Notes: generated by a model from the sequence alone, not told the origin. Counted from the stretch's first letter, positions 20,736 to 32,010 are shown. The stretch is 60,421 nucleotides of DNA from Candidatus Sigynarchaeum calidifontis (GCA_030587475.2 JAUQYZ020000072.1:1-60421); one strand, 5' to 3'. Made by a program: numbers and translations.

Positions 20736-23326
20736 GAAGGCGACCCAAGCCACAACCAGAGAACGAGGAGGAAGAAGAGCGAACAGAGGCGGAAAACCGG
20801 GTGCAAGGCCCGAGCTTGATGCACGGGCCTGGCGGCCGCCCGGGCCCGCCTGGTTTCGGTACGGGCAAGGCAAAACTCGAACACCCGCGAAACGTGCTCT
20901 GGCGCTGGATTTTCTCCTACATCGGCAAGCACAAGGCTCAATGGATCTTCTTTGCCATCTTGATCATCACGGGGACGTTCGCTATGACCTTCACGTCGCT
21001 CATCTCGCGGCAGATCATCGACGAGGGCATCGGGGAGAAGAACGTGCGGTTGATCGAGATGCTTGCCTTGGTATACATCACGATCGCGGTGTCCATGGCC
21101 ATCGTCAACTACATCGGCATGTATGGCATGGGCAAGATCGGGCAGCACATCATCTACAACGTGCGCAGCGACTTGATCGGGAAGTTACAAAGCATGTCAA
21201 TGGCATATTTCGACAAGAAACTATCAGGCGACATCATCAGCATCACGACGAACGATGTCGACCAGCTCAACAACCTGGTCGGTGGGCAACTTGTCCAAAT
21301 CATCCGCGGCCTCATCTCCATTGTCTTGATCTTCGTCGTCATGTTCATCATGAACCCCCTGCTCGCGCTGGTGAGCACCATCGTGTTTCCCGTGTATCTC
21401 GTCGCAATGACTATTTTCAAGCGGGTGACGGCCGGTGTTTTCAAGGACATGCGCAAGAAGATGAGCGCGGTCACCTCGTCTATCCAGGAGAACGTCGCTG
21501 GCGCGAGGGTCGTCCAGGCATTCGGCCAGGAAAAGAAAGCCGCGAGCGAGTTTGACCGGGTGAACCAGGAAAACTACGAGGCCGGATTTCGGATGCGCAA
21601 GATCATCTCGACATTCTTCCCTCTCATCGGTTTCATGTCCCAGTTCCTTGTTGCCATCGTCTTGTTCACGGGCGGAGTTGCACGCATCAACAACATCATG
21701 CTATTCGGCGTGCCCGTCACGGCAGGCGCGTTGACCGTGTTCATAGGTCTCTTGTCGCAATTTTTCGAGCCGTTCATGACCCTCATGACCTTCCAGCAAA
21801 TTATCGAAGCTGCCATGGCGGCGTCCGACAGGATTTACGGCTTGCTCGACGAGGAGGCCGAACTCCCCGATCCGGCAAACCCGAAACCGCTACCCGCATC
21901 GACAGACATCGTCTTCTCGGGCGTGTCGTTCGGCTACCGATTCAACGATAACGGCAAGAAAGGGAGAAAAAATGGCAAGCCAAGCGGCACTGTTTCGGTA
22001 CCGCCCTCGGCCGATGCAAAAAATATGGGAAAGAGCATCCCGCCGATCATGATGGAACGCATCCGCGAGTACATGAACAAGCTGCCCGAGCCGTACAAGA
22101 CCCTCTTGAAGGAGCACATGGGAAGCATCCCCCCGGCCATCCGTCGCGACTTGATACCCGCTCTCGTCGGGCGGCCGCCGGAGCAAGCGGCGAGCACGAT
22201 CGATGACGTGTTCGCGCGCCATGGATTTGCCGTGGCGGGCACGAAACACGCGGCCGAGCACCCCGAGCTCAAGACGACTTTCGACGGCGCTCCAGCCGCG
22301 CCCCCGCAAGATATCGCGGGGATGGAATCGATGGCCATGCCGCGGGAGGTGGTCATCCAGATGGCCAAGAATTTGGCCAAGCTGATGGAGCCGAAGGCGG
22401 GGGTGGCATCGAGCCAGGGCATGGGCGGGGAGGGCGGCGGCATGGGCGGGGGCATGGGCGCAGGCATGCGCGGCGCGGGCGGTAGCCCGAAGGAACTGCT
22501 CAAGATGCTCGCGAGCATGCAGATCCCGCAAGACGTGCTGGACGAGCTGCCCGACGCGGTCAAGAACGCCATCGTGGAGGAGAAGGTCATGCAAGAGCGC
22601 GAGGCCAACGTGGGCTTCGTGCTTAAGGGCGTTGATGCCAATATCCCCGCCGGAAACACCGTGGCCATCGTGGGCGAGACAGGCGCGGGCAAGACGACGT
22701 TCATCAAGCTCGTGAGCAGGTTTTATGACGTGATCGAGGGCAGCGTTCGCATCGGTGGCATCGATGTCCGCGAGCTCAAGAAAGACGAGCTCCGGCGCGC
22801 GATCGGCATGGTGCCGCAAGACAGTTACTTGTTCGCGGGCACGATCCGCGAGAACATTTTATATGGTATCAAGGACATCACGCCCGATACTGAACAGCGC
22901 ATGATCGAAATTACCAAATTCCTCGGGTTGCACAATTTCATCGAAAAACTGCCCGAAGGCTATGAGACCGTTCTCAAGGAAAACGCGTCGAACATCAGCA
23001 TCGGCCAGCGCCAGCTCATCGCGTTCGCCCGCGCGCTCATGACCAACCCGCCCATCCTCATCCTCGACGAGGCCACGAGCTCGGTCGACCCCTACACGGA
23101 GTCCTTGATCCAGGACGCGCTGGACAAGGCGCGCGAGGGCCGCACGACCATCATCATCGCGCATCGCTTGTCCACGATCAAGAACGCGGACTGGATCTTC
23201 GTGCTCGACAAGGACAAGAAAGGTATCATCGAGCAAGGCACGCACGACGACTTGATCAAGCTCGGCGGGAAGTACAAGAAGCTGCTCGACATGCAACAGA
23301 AGGAGATCGCCCCATCTGTTGCTTGA
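20732..23326 (+). CDS. ABC exporter, fused TMD-NBD subunit 2 with ~220-aa insertion in the NBD
   Basis: GETGAGKTT, ISIGQRQ, LDEATS, IAHR; ATGA overlap with subunit 1. Confidence 0.92.
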   Translation: MRRRPKPQPENEEEEERTEAENRVQGPSLMHGPGGRPGPPGFGTGKAKLEHPRNVLWRWIFSYIGKHKAQWIFFAILIITGTFAMTFTSLISRQIIDEGIGEKNVRLIEMLALVYITIAVSMAIVNYIGMYGMGKIGQHIIYNVRSDLIGKLQSMSMAYFDKKLSGDIISITTNDVDQLNNLVGGQLVQIIRGLISIVLIFVVMFIMNPLLALVSTIVFPVYLVAMTIFKRVTAGVFKDMRKKMSAVTSSIQENVAGARVVQAFGQEKKAASEFDRVNQENYEAGFRMRKIISTFFPLIGFMSQFLVAIVLFTGGVARINNIMLFGVPVTAGALTVFIGLLSQFFEPFMTLMTFQQIIEAAMAASDRIYGLLDEEAELPDPANPKPLPASTDIVFSGVSFGYRFNDNGKKGRKNGKPSGTVSVPPSADAKNMGKSIPPIMMERIREYMNKLPEPYKTLLKEHMGSIPPAIRRDLIPALVGRPPEQAASTIDDVFARHGFAVAGTKHAAEHPELKTTFDGAPAAPPQDIAGMESMAMPREVVIQMAKNLAKLMEPKAGVASSQGMGGEGGGMGGGMGAGMRGAGGSPKELLKMLASMQIPQDVLDELPDAVKNAIVEEKVMQEREANVGFVLKGVDANIPAGNTVAIVGETGAGKTTFIKLVSRFYDVIEGSVRIGGIDVRELKKDELRRAIGMVPQDSYLFAGTIRENILYGIKDITPDTEQRMIEITKFLGLHNFIEKLPEGYETVLKENASNISIGQRQLIAFARALMTNPPILILDEATSSVDPYTESLIQDALDKAREGRTTIIIAHRLSTIKNADWIFVLDKDKKGIIEQGTHDDLIKLGGKYKKLLDMQQKEIAPSVA

Positions 23327-23398
23327 GACCGTGCATCAATATTTCTTTTCTCTTTCTTTAGCAGAAAAGCAATCTTAAATAAAAAAAGGTAGTGGAAC

Positions 23399-24634
23399 CT
23401 ACGAAGCTTGAACCGTTTGCGGCATTTCCTCGCGCTTGCGGACTTCACGTGCCATCCTGAGGCTGTTATACAACCCGAATATGAATATCGTACTGAGGAT
23501 GTTTGCGACGAATTCTGGAACGACCAGCGTCCGCACGAGCGAGATGGACAGGTACAGCGTGAGAAGGCAAACCGTGATCAATATCGCTTGCTTCTTGAGG
23601 TCACCTGACGTGATGCGGGCGACCTTGATGTACGTGGCCAGCACGTTGATAGAGGCGAGGAGTAAGGTACCTAACCACACGTAAAACACGTAGAGCAAGA
23701 TGGCAGGCACGAAGATGCAAGCGATCACGAGTGCCTCCATGGCGAATAATATGTACGTGAAGAGAGGAACCTTCCGGTTCTGGACGATCTTTTCAACGGT
23801 GTTCGACATGAAGATGACGGAAAAACCGAGCGACGCGAACGACACGAACGACAATATATTCGCACTAAATATGGGAAAGTCAGGCATTTGCGAGAAGCTG
23901 AGCGGCTGCAACCAGCTCTCGCTTGGTTCGAGCCTCGCGTACCAATGATACACTTCCCACACCGCGGTGGTCAATGTACCGAATAAAAAGGAAATGCCAT
24001 AGTTATTATAGATGTGTCTCTTTGATGGCTGGTTTTCCTTCAAGGCTTGCCTTGCATCGCCAAATAGCTTGATTCCAAAGTAAAGGAAGATGAAAGAAAC
24101 GACGATGCGGAAGAAATCCTCCAGAAACGTCATGAACTGGTTCCTATAGCAAACCCGCAAGCTGAAATAGTTGGTGCTGTTCACCTCGTTGCGCACGACG
24201 AAGTACATCGCGGCGAACCACGTTGGCTTCCCGCCCGTCTTGTTGAACAAGTACGTTTCGACCTTGTATTCCTCGGTCAACGTCTTGTAATGCAAGATCT
24301 CCTGATAACTCGTGATGTTCGGCCACGACTGCTTCGCGTCGAGTGTTCCGTTCTCGACGAATGCAAGCATTTGCGTCTTGTTCATAATGAATAAGGAACA
24401 TTTCTTTTCCGACGTGAACGATATCATGTCGATGTCCTTGTAGACTACCAGATGCGTTTGCGCGCGCCTTTCTGCATCTGCCTCGGTCCTGTTCGAATAT
24501 TCGAAATATTCGATATGGTACTGGCCGGGCATCAATTCCCGCTTGGTATCGATGGCAGACACTGGACTGCATAGCATGACGAGCAAAAGAACACCAGAAA
24601 AAGCCATAGCGAGCAAAGTGATCTTTCTATTCAT
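23399..24634 (-). CDS. Hypothetical membrane protein: signal peptide, extracellular domain, about 7 TM helices
   Basis: Signal peptide ending VSA, ~140-aa polar domain with several N-x-S/T sequons, then seven hydrophobic segments. Confidence 0.7.
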   Translation of the reverse strand: MNRKITLLAMAFSGVLLLVMLCSPVSAIDTKRELMPGQYHIEYFEYSNRTEADAERRAQTHLVVYKDIDMISFTSEKKCSLFIMNKTQMLAFVENGTLDAKQSWPNITSYQEILHYKTLTEEYKVETYLFNKTGGKPTWFAAMYFVVRNEVNSTNYFSLRVCYRNQFMTFLEDFFRIVVSFIFLYFGIKLFGDARQALKENQPSKRHIYNNYGISFLFGTLTTAVWEVYHWYARLEPSESWLQPLSFSQMPDFPIFSANILSFVSFASLGFSVIFMSNTVEKIVQNRKVPLFTYILFAMEALVIACIFVPAILLYVFYVWLGTLLLASINVLATYIKVARITSGDLKKQAILITVCLLTLYLSISLVRTLVVPEFVANILSTIFIFGLYNSLRMAREVRKREEMPQTVQAS

Positions 24635-24878
24635 AGCAAATCATTTTGGTTCGAGGATAATATTTTTCCCATTGTACCATCCCCAGAAGGAATATAAGAA
24701 ATTTCCTCTGCGTGATCGGATGAAAGTCATTTTTTAACCATAATCCGTAAACAATGCGATAAAATCTTGATCAAGAATAGACGGGAAGCATTCCTTCACG
24801 ATCTTCACACCTTCGTCGAAATCACGTTCCTGATTGGAGTTTGCAGCAATTATCGCCTCCCCGTTCTCGCACCAGCAC

Positions 24879-25694
24879 TCATTCGTCGAAAAAAGACTCT
24901 CCGATCAACAAGTCCGGCTTGCACTCGTAGTGCGCCATGCACGCGATGGCAAGATCGATGCGCCCGATGGCTTCCAGGCGGTGCGCGTCGGAGCCGAGGG
25001 ACACGAGGGGGCGGTGCGCCTTCAACGAGGCCGACAGGTGCTGCCAAAACACGTCCAGCCAGCCAGCGTTCTTCGAACCGGCTCTCGGCACCGAATCGAT
25101 GTTCACCTCGTAGGCGACGTGGTTGTCGGCACAGAGCTTGCAGAGCCAGTCCACCGCGTCGAGCAACTCGGGAAATGGGGCGTGGTTGCACGCGAGGAAA
25201 TTGAACGGGTGGCCGACGATCTTGGGTATCCGGGAGAGGTGCGAGTTTGCTATGGCGCCCTTGTAGTACGCTTTCGCCGTTTCCACGAGTTTCGTGGCAT
25301 TGCGGGGGACTTGCAAGATACTCTCGATGGTCTCCCGTCCCAGGCGGCCGCCGATGGACATCCAGTGGATTGCCAGGATGATGTAATCGAGCACGTCCCG
25401 CCCGCTCCCGCGGATGCCGATCTGCCCCTTGTTGCCCAGTATCGTCTGCTCGACACCGAGGTATACCCGCGGATCCGCGTACTTGGCCGCGTCGATGTGC
25501 GCCCGCTGCGCCCGGACGTACCGCGTGGCCTGCCAGACGTAGTGGTAGTGATCCGAGATGCCCATGAACTCCAATCGGTTCGCCTTGCCATGCTCGTAAT
25601 AGGGCGCGAGCCGGGCATCGCCTTTCATGTAAGGTGCCGTGGCTTCCGTGTGGACGTGGAGGTCGAACCGGGCCATGAGAGGATTCGCCATCAT
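24879..25694 (-). CDS. PHP-family phosphoesterase (YcdX/HisPP-like)
   Basis: DLHVHT, ISDH, GVE, AIH, GHP, YEVN, GSDAH metal-ligand motifs. Confidence 0.88.
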   Translation of the reverse strand: MMANPLMARFDLHVHTEATAPYMKGDARLAPYYEHGKANRLEFMGISDHYHYVWQATRYVRAQRAHIDAAKYADPRVYLGVEQTILGNKGQIGIRGSGRDVLDYIILAIHWMSIGGRLGRETIESILQVPRNATKLVETAKAYYKGAIANSHLSRIPKIVGHPFNFLACNHAPFPELLDAVDWLCKLCADNHVAYEVNIDSVPRAGSKNAGWLDVFWQHLSASLKAHRPLVSLGSDAHRLEAIGRIDLAIACMAHYECKPDLLIGESFFDE

Positions 25695-25787
25695 GCGCGT
25701 TTCTTTTACTTGAACATGGATATGGCCTTCCTATCAATTGACATCAACATCCTTTTTTACCCTTTTGCAAAGGTCTATACGATCACC

Positions 25788-27500
25788 ATGAAGCGATATG
25801 CAAGTATCGATTTCTTGAGAGGATTGGCAATATTCTTGATGATATTCCTTCATGTCATCAGTGACTCGTTCGACATCAACGGTATCACTTCGAACATCAA
25901 CAACGTTCCCGTGATCAATGTCATCGCACTCGTGGTGATCTCGTTTCTTGGAGGCTTAGCAGGCCTTTTTCTAGCAGTGAGCGCCATCGGAAACATGATT
26001 AGCATGATGAAATTCGTGCAATCGGGCAAGCCGGTAAAGGACCTGATCGTCAAGCAAGTGGCGGGCGGGGCGATATTGTTGGCCTTCGCGGTGTTGAGCG
26101 AGGGCGTGATCGGGTATCACGGGGCATTTGGCGAGATTTTCAACAACTTGAATGATCTATCGAGTTATACGGGAGAAGTATTCTTCTCCGGAGGGTTTAG
26201 GTTTGAAACCATCCATACCATCGCATGGTGCATCATCATCAATGGCATCGTGCAAGGGATCCTTGTAAAAATGCATGGCATCGAGCATCCCGGCAAGATC
26301 ATAAAGTCGTATATCATCCTGGCCATCTCTGTCCTGGTAGCCACGCCTTTCGTGTGGGAATGGCTCTTGCAAGCATTAGGTCCCGGGTTTCCATATGGCA
26401 CGGCTCCTTTCGCACGAACCGAACCGGATCTCAGGAACGCCACCTTGGTTGAAGTGATTACGGTTTTCTTCGCGAACGTCCTTGCGGGAAAGCCCGAACC
26501 GTGCTTCCCCTACTTGGCAACATCCTTCTTCGGCAGCATCATCGGCATCGTGCTGTCATTGCCGCGGGAGAAAATACCGAGGGTTTTTCCCAAAAGAGTC
26601 TTGCAGATCGCCTTCGTGATGTTTATCGTCGGCATCTCGGGGATTGTAATGAACATCGTCATGATGATGGAACATGACTCGAATGCCGCCTTGAACCTCT
26701 ATTCATTTATGTGGGACCACCGGCTGTGGGTCAACAATGCCATGAATGTCAAGGACGCCATGATGTTCAGCGCTATTCCCACGTATTTGCCTGTCCTAGG
26801 GTGGCTGTTCCAGTTCCTTGCACTAAATGGCGTGTCCCTGGCTGCCATCATGCTCATCGTGCGAGTTGTAGAATTCAGGGGAAACGAAAAAGAATTTGCG
26901 GCAAAGACTACCTTCATCCGGCGTTTCGGATTCGTTGCATTCACGATCTATAACATACAATGGATTTATTTCATCGCGCGGTTCATTGTCACCACCGTGT
27001 TTTATGGCAGCCCCTACGTCAAGATGGACTGGGGCGGCACGTTCGTGACCCTGGTTCTGTCCCTCGCGGCGTTCCACCTCATCATGATCGCGTGGGAACG
27101 GGTGAAGTACATCGGGTCGATCGAGTGGATGATCGGAACCATCGCGGCGTACGTTATCCCGTCACGAAAGATCGAGACGCCCTGGTATCGAAAAGGAGAA
27201 TTGGACGTGAAAAACGCGTTTTACAACGCGGAATGGTTGAACATCGTCGAAAAGGAGGAGATCCAGCACGACAAGCTGGAAGAGTCGAGACTCGCCTATA
27301 AATTAAGCGGGTGGGGATTCTTGTTCCCGCCATTGTCGATCATCTGCCTGGCATTGTCAAGAAATGCAGAAAAACAAGAAAAAGCCAATCGATTCAACAA
27401 ACGCGCCAAGATCACGGCCATCATCGCCATCGTTTTCTTGATAGCGTGGGTAACCGTGACATCGATCTTCTCCTTGAGCGCCATGGGAATAACACTCTAA
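25788..27500 (+). CDS. HGSNAT/DUF1624-like membrane acyltransferase
   Basis: N-terminal [20 protein letters not shown] motif; more than 10 TM helices. Confidence 0.75.
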   Translation: MKRYASIDFLRGLAIFLMIFLHVISDSFDINGITSNINNVPVINVIALVVISFLGGLAGLFLAVSAIGNMISMMKFVQSGKPVKDLIVKQVAGGAILLAFAVLSEGVIGYHGAFGEIFNNLNDLSSYTGEVFFSGGFRFETIHTIAWCIIINGIVQGILVKMHGIEHPGKIIKSYIILAISVLVATPFVWEWLLQALGPGFPYGTAPFARTEPDLRNATLVEVITVFFANVLAGKPEPCFPYLATSFFGSIIGIVLSLPREKIPRVFPKRVLQIAFVMFIVGISGIVMNIVMMMEHDSNAALNLYSFMWDHRLWVNNAMNVKDAMMFSAIPTYLPVLGWLFQFLALNGVSLAAIMLIVRVVEFRGNEKEFAAKTTFIRRFGFVAFTIYNIQWIYFIARFIVTTVFYGSPYVKMDWGGTFVTLVLSLAAFHLIMIAWERVKYIGSIEWMIGTIAAYVIPSRKIETPWYRKGELDVKNAFYNAEWLNIVEKEEIQHDKLEESRLAYKLSGWGFLFPPLSIICLALSRNAEKQEKANRFNKRAKITAIIAIVFLIAWVTVTSIFSLSAMGITL

Positions 27501-27829
27501 AGGGATCCGTGTTTCATTCTCTCGTATATCTATTTTTTCTTGCACGTGTCACGCGCATGCCCACGCGGGAAAATCACGATCGCAATTCGACCGCGATGGA
27601 GCATCCCTTTGATTCGTGTCGAGTTTCATTGCGATTCAACCAAACGCGCCCGCGGGTCTTGGTCCCTTCGATGTACCGGGGGATGGATCGCAAGAAAGAG
27701 GATGCATGCCTTTGGTTTTTCGTGGAAATGATTATAAATCCACCACGAAAGCAATTCATGGAACGCGGTCAATTCACGAGAAAATGCAAGCAAAGAAAAC
27801 AAGATCGGTATCTTGGTGATGATCGAAGC

Positions 27830-30130
27830 ATGAATCGGCGAGATTTCTTGAAATCAAAAAAATTCCTCCCGCTGGTCTTGATAATAGCAGCCGGCGCGTG
27901 CGTGGTCGTTCTCGTCGTGGTATTATCTCCGCCGGCAAGCAGAATCGATGATACTGCCCCGGTCGTGACGATCAACAGCCCCGCGAACACGACGTATCTC
28001 GGTGCCACGCAATCGCTATCGATAACGGCGACGGACGACACGGGGGTCAACGCCATCTGGTACAACTGGAACGGCACGAACGTGACATACACCGCCCCGC
28101 GTCTCATAACCTTCAGTACCGGGCCGCACACGCTGCACGCGTGGGCACGCGATGCAGCGGGCAATGTCGGGAAAAGATCGGTAAGTTTCACGATCGGCGC
28201 TCCCGCCTTCAGATCGACATGGGACACCACGAAAACGAGCACGGGTTCGAGTGCCAACAATCAAGTGAAATTACCCTTGGAATCGGCCGGGACATACGAT
28301 TTCACTGTCGATTGGGGGGACGGGACGAGCCATCATGTCACCAGCTGGAACCAACCTGAAACGACGCACGCGTACGCGTCGCCGGGCATTTATAACGTGG
28401 CAATCGCGGGGATGCTCGTCGGCTGGCGGTTCGACGATGCCGGGGACAAGTTGAAATTGCTCGAGATCGAGGAATGGGGCAATCTTCGCCTGGGCAATTC
28501 CGGGCGCTATTTCTACGGGTGCTCCAATCTCAACATCACGGCGACTGACGCCTTGAACATTACAGGAATCACGAATTTTTCATACATGTTCGGTGCCTGC
28601 GCGAAAATAAGAAGCGTGCCGGGCATGGATACATGGGACACCTCGCAAGTCTCGAACATGGCATTCATGTTTTATAGAGCCACCATTTTCAACCAATCGA
28701 TCGGCTCGTGGAATGTATCGAAGGTAACGACGATGCAAGGCATGTTTGCCGAAGCATCCGCTTTCAACCAGCCCATCGGCTCGTGGACCACATCAAGCCT
28801 GACGCTTACGATCAACATGTTCAACTATGCATCCAATTTTAACCAGCCAATTGGATCGTGGGACATGTCAAAGGTGACGAACATGGGAAGCATGTTCTTA
28901 AACGCAGCGAAGTTCAACCAGCCGATCGGTGCCTGGAACACGTCCAAGGCTTCGTTCATGAACTTCATGTTCTACGGCGCCACGTCTTTCAACCAGCCCA
29001 TCGGCACGTGGAACACGTCTAGTGCCACGCGCATGGAATACATGTTCTACGACGCCACGTCTTTCAACCAGCCCATCGGTACGTGGAACACGTCTTGTGT
29101 CACGCGCATGGATTACATGTTCAGGAGAGCCTCCGCGTTTAACCAGAACATCGGGGAATGGCACACGTCGAAGGTAACGAACATGCAAGGCATGTTCTAC
29201 GGGGCCTCTTCCTTCAACATGCCGATAGAGAATTGGGACACCTCGCAGGTGACGAACATGCAAGGCATGTTCTACGGGGCGTCCGCGTTCAACCAAGACA
29301 TCAGCACGTGGAACACGTCGAAGGTTGGCCACATGGGAGGCATGTTCTACGGGGCGTCCGCGTTCAACCAGTCGATCGGCAGCTGGAACACGTCGAAGGT
29401 GGACAACATGGCAAGCATGTTCAATGGTGCCACCGCCTTCAACAAGGACCTCAGCGCGTGGAACACGTCTATGGTGAGAGACATGAGTTACATGTTCTAC
29501 AGGGCATCCGCGTTCAACCAAGACATCAGCAAGTGGAACACGTCGAGCGTGGTGACCATGAGTGGCATGTTCGCAAGCGCCTCCGCGTTCAACCAGCCGA
29601 TCGGTTCCTGGGACACGTCGAATGTACATTACATGAACGCAATGTTCCAGGATGCAGTGTCCTTTGACGTAGATCTTAGCGACTGGGACACGTCGAACGT
29701 GGTTGACATGTCATATATGTTTGAAAATGCTGTCAAATTTAATGGCGACATAGGCAACTGGGACACGCACAACGTCATGGATATGAGTTACATGTTCAAT
29801 GGCGCCAGTGCCTTCATACAAGACATCTGCTCGTGGGACGTGTCCCACGTCGAGTTCATGAATGCCATGTTTGCGGGCGCTGCCTCGTTCGACCGGGATC
29901 TCGGGTTTTGGAACGTCACGAGCGTTGCCTCCATGAGTAACATGTTTCTCGGCGTTACCTTGTCGACGGAAAGCTACGACAGCATCTTGATCAAGTGGGC
30001 CGCCCTCCCCTTGAAAACGGGGGTCAATTTTCACGCGGGCGGTTCTCGGTATTCCGCGGGCGCCGCCGCTGCCAGGCAGTATATCATATCCACGTATGGT
30101 TGGATCATCACGGATGGCGGACCAGCTTGA
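27830..30130 (+). CDS. DUF285/BspA-type repeat surface protein with Ig-like and PKD-like domains
   Basis: N-terminal RRDFLK plus TM helix, Ig-like domain ([11 protein letters not shown]...ARDAAGN), VDWGDG PKD-like motif, 25-aa repeats, ITDGG C-terminal cap. Confidence 0.9.
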   Translation: MNRRDFLKSKKFLPLVLIIAAGACVVVLVVVLSPPASRIDDTAPVVTINSPANTTYLGATQSLSITATDDTGVNAIWYNWNGTNVTYTAPRLITFSTGPHTLHAWARDAAGNVGKRSVSFTIGAPAFRSTWDTTKTSTGSSANNQVKLPLESAGTYDFTVDWGDGTSHHVTSWNQPETTHAYASPGIYNVAIAGMLVGWRFDDAGDKLKLLEIEEWGNLRLGNSGRYFYGCSNLNITATDALNITGITNFSYMFGACAKIRSVPGMDTWDTSQVSNMAFMFYRATIFNQSIGSWNVSKVTTMQGMFAEASAFNQPIGSWTTSSLTLTINMFNYASNFNQPIGSWDMSKVTNMGSMFLNAAKFNQPIGAWNTSKASFMNFMFYGATSFNQPIGTWNTSSATRMEYMFYDATSFNQPIGTWNTSCVTRMDYMFRRASAFNQNIGEWHTSKVTNMQGMFYGASSFNMPIENWDTSQVTNMQGMFYGASAFNQDISTWNTSKVGHMGGMFYGASAFNQSIGSWNTSKVDNMASMFNGATAFNKDLSAWNTSMVRDMSYMFYRASAFNQDISKWNTSSVVTMSGMFASASAFNQPIGSWDTSNVHYMNAMFQDAVSFDVDLSDWDTSNVVDMSYMFENAVKFNGDIGNWDTHNVMDMSYMFNGASAFIQDICSWDVSHVEFMNAMFAGAASFDRDLGFWNVTSVASMSNMFLGVTLSTESYDSILIKWAALPLKTGVNFHAGGSRYSAGAAAARQYIISTYGWIITDGGPA
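28634..29953 (+). repeat. Coding tandem repeat: 17 full and 1 partial 75-bp (25-aa) DUF285 units
   Basis: Consensus W(D/N)TSxVxxMxxMFxxAxxFNQxIxx; Trp codons at 28634 and 29909 are exactly 17 x 75 bp apart. Confidence 0.93.
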
Positions 30131-30311
30131 CACGGCAAGTGGTTGGAAGAAAACGACATTCTGATCATTAATACATCTTTATTTTTTGCTCTTTTCAAGG
30201 GATTCATTCAACGATTAATTCGGTTTGATTAGATTGAACCGAGTAAAGCAGTCCCCTGGCTAAAAAAAAACGGACATGAAGGTCAAACAGGTTCATCATC
30301 ATTTTCATCAG

Positions 30312-31130
30312 CTACTTCTTTATCTTTTTTGCATACATCATGTGCACGCCGACATGGGAGAACCTCGAATGTAGATCGACCACGACAGCGAATCCCTTCG
30401 ATCCGAGCAAGCCGGTTAATTCCGCGACCAAGTTTTGCCCGCCCGGGATGTTGGTGTGGACTTCAATCGACAGCTGCTGGATTTTTTCCCAGTCCTCGTC
30501 GGCAATACCCGCCAGGACTTCCCGTTCCGCGTTTTCCGCGTCGATCTTGACAAGGTCGATGCGGCCGAGTTGCAAATCGGCAATGACTTGACTGAACGTC
30601 TTCATCTTGCACGTCACGGGGACGGGCGAGTAGAAGAACCGCAGCATCTTCGCGGCGACCCAGGCGCGTGCCCTCGCGGGAATGACCCGGCCGATGCCCG
30701 TGCCATGTTTTGCGGCGAATGCCTTGACCTGGAAATCGAAATCGAAAGGCGTCGCTGTCGAATCCGACGGCACGCGCGGATAGAACTGGAGCTCGGCCGT
30801 CTTTTCTTTCTCGGCCAACCCGATGTTCAGCAGCGTCACGGTCGCTTGAGGGGGTTGGAACTTCTGGAGGTTTGCTTGCAACGCCTCGAATATCAAGGGA
30901 ACGGGTTCGATGGCAACCAGGCGGATTCGCGGCACTTTCTCGAGGATGAACATGGAAAAAAGGCCGACATTGCCCCCGATATCGACAACGACGTTGCCTG
31001 GCTCGACGTCCAAGCCCGCCCGGAGATACACGTTCTCTTCATAAATCTCCTTGTAGATGTCGGCGGGAGTCATCTTATCAACAACGAACATGCCTCGATG
31101 GTTTGGTAAATTCATCGTTTTCAGTTTCAT
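30312..31130 (-). CDS. FkbM family SAM-dependent methyltransferase
   Basis: VVDIGGNVGLFS, AIEP, LVKIDAENAE motifs. Start placed at ATG 31130; the ORF is open to 31295. Confidence 0.85.
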   Translation of the reverse strand: MKLKTMNLPNHRGMFVVDKMTPADIYKEIYEENVYLRAGLDVEPGNVVVDIGGNVGLFSMFILEKVPRIRLVAIEPVPLIFEALQANLQKFQPPQATVTLLNIGLAEKEKTAELQFYPRVPSDSTATPFDFDFQVKAFAAKHGTGIGRVIPARARAWVAAKMLRFFYSPVPVTCKMKTFSQVIADLQLGRIDLVKIDAENAEREVLAGIADEDWEKIQQLSIEVHTNIPGGQNLVAELTGLLGSKGFAVVVDLHSRFSHVGVHMMYAKKIKK

Positions 31131-31339
31131 TTCGATTCGATAATCGCGCCCGCGAGTTTTATCCCCTTCGTTTTCTTTACGTGATTCTAAAAGGCTCAAT
31201 AGATCGCGTTCATCATGAAGAAACAACAAGTTCTGGTCGTCCATGGCCGTTGAGTATTTGTACAGATCGAACCAGGGCATGTTCTCGGTTTCCAATGAAA
31301 CGACAAAGAAATAAACGCCTGTTTATAAATGTATAGCGG

Positions 31340-31633
31340 ATGTCCATGGATCTCGAAACCGTGAAGGCAATATTAGTGAAGCATAAACCTCATCTCAAGG
31401 AGCGTTTCAATGTCAGGGAGATAGGTATTTTCGGCTCATTCGCTCGAGGTGAACAAAAGAAGAAAAGTGATATTGACATCCTGGTTACGTTTTACCAACC
31501 AATTGGCCTCGACTTCATCGATCTTATCGATTATTTGGAGGAAATCCTGGGAAAGAAGGTGGATTTGGTGACACCGGGGGGTTTGCGCCAGGAATTGAAA
31601 CCGACTATTATGCACGATGTGGTTTACGCGTGA
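31340..31633 (+). CDS. mntA: Minimal nucleotidyltransferase (MNT) antitoxin
   Basis: FGSFARGE...SDIDILV and KVDLV motifs; 97 aa. Confidence 0.9.
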   Translation: MSMDLETVKAILVKHKPHLKERFNVREIGIFGSFARGEQKKKSDIDILVTFYQPIGLDFIDLIDYLEEILGKKVDLVTPGGLRQELKPTIMHDVVYA

Positions 31634-31989
31634 CCAAGCGAAACGTCGATTTTTTTCTCGATGATATTCTCAAATCGATTGAAAAGATTGAAAACAAGAC
31701 CAAAAAGATGTCGATCGAGGAATTCAAATCTGATGAGTTTTTAATCGATGGTATTGTACGAAATCTTGAAATTATTGGCGAAGCGGCGAAAAACGTTTCT
31801 AAGGATATCCAAAATCAGTTCAAAGAGATCCCATGGAAAAAAATCATCGGTCTAAGAAACATCATAAGCCATCGATACTTCAAGATCGATCCTGAAATCG
31901 TGTGGGTTATCATTACGAAGGATTTACCCGATCTCAAGCCAAGAGTTCGAAAGCTTAAAGAAATTCTTCAGAACGGTTCAATATCCTAG
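31630..31989 (+). CDS. hepT: HEPN (DUF86) RNase toxin
   Basis: LEIIGEA, IPWKKIIGLRNIISHRY (R-x4-H-x-Y); GTGA overlap with MNT. Confidence 0.9.
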   Translation: MTKRNVDFFLDDILKSIEKIENKTKKMSIEEFKSDEFLIDGIVRNLEIIGEAAKNVSKDIQNQFKEIPWKKIIGLRNIISHRYFKIDPEIVWVIITKDLPDLKPRVRKLKEILQNGSIS

Positions 31990-32010
31990 CTTAGATAATA
32001 GTGAAATATA

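Noticed and set aside
21938-22618. ABC insertion as an intein
   Set aside because: No N-terminal Cys/Ser block, no C-terminal His-Asn followed by Cys/Ser/Thr, and no LAGLIDADG motifs.
24834-25787. N-terminal 318 aa of the 888-aa + strand ORF
   Set aside because: Antisense shadow of the PHP gene on the minus strand; the real membrane protein begins at ATG 25788.
28634-29953. Regular 75-bp periodicity as a possible CRISPR array
   Set aside because: Units are degenerate, in frame, encode DUF285 repeats and have no repeat-spacer structure; no cas genes nearby.
31191-31200. AAGGCTCAAT resembling the IS right end
   Set aside because: Only about 9 bp match, with no partner end or target duplication; consistent with chance.
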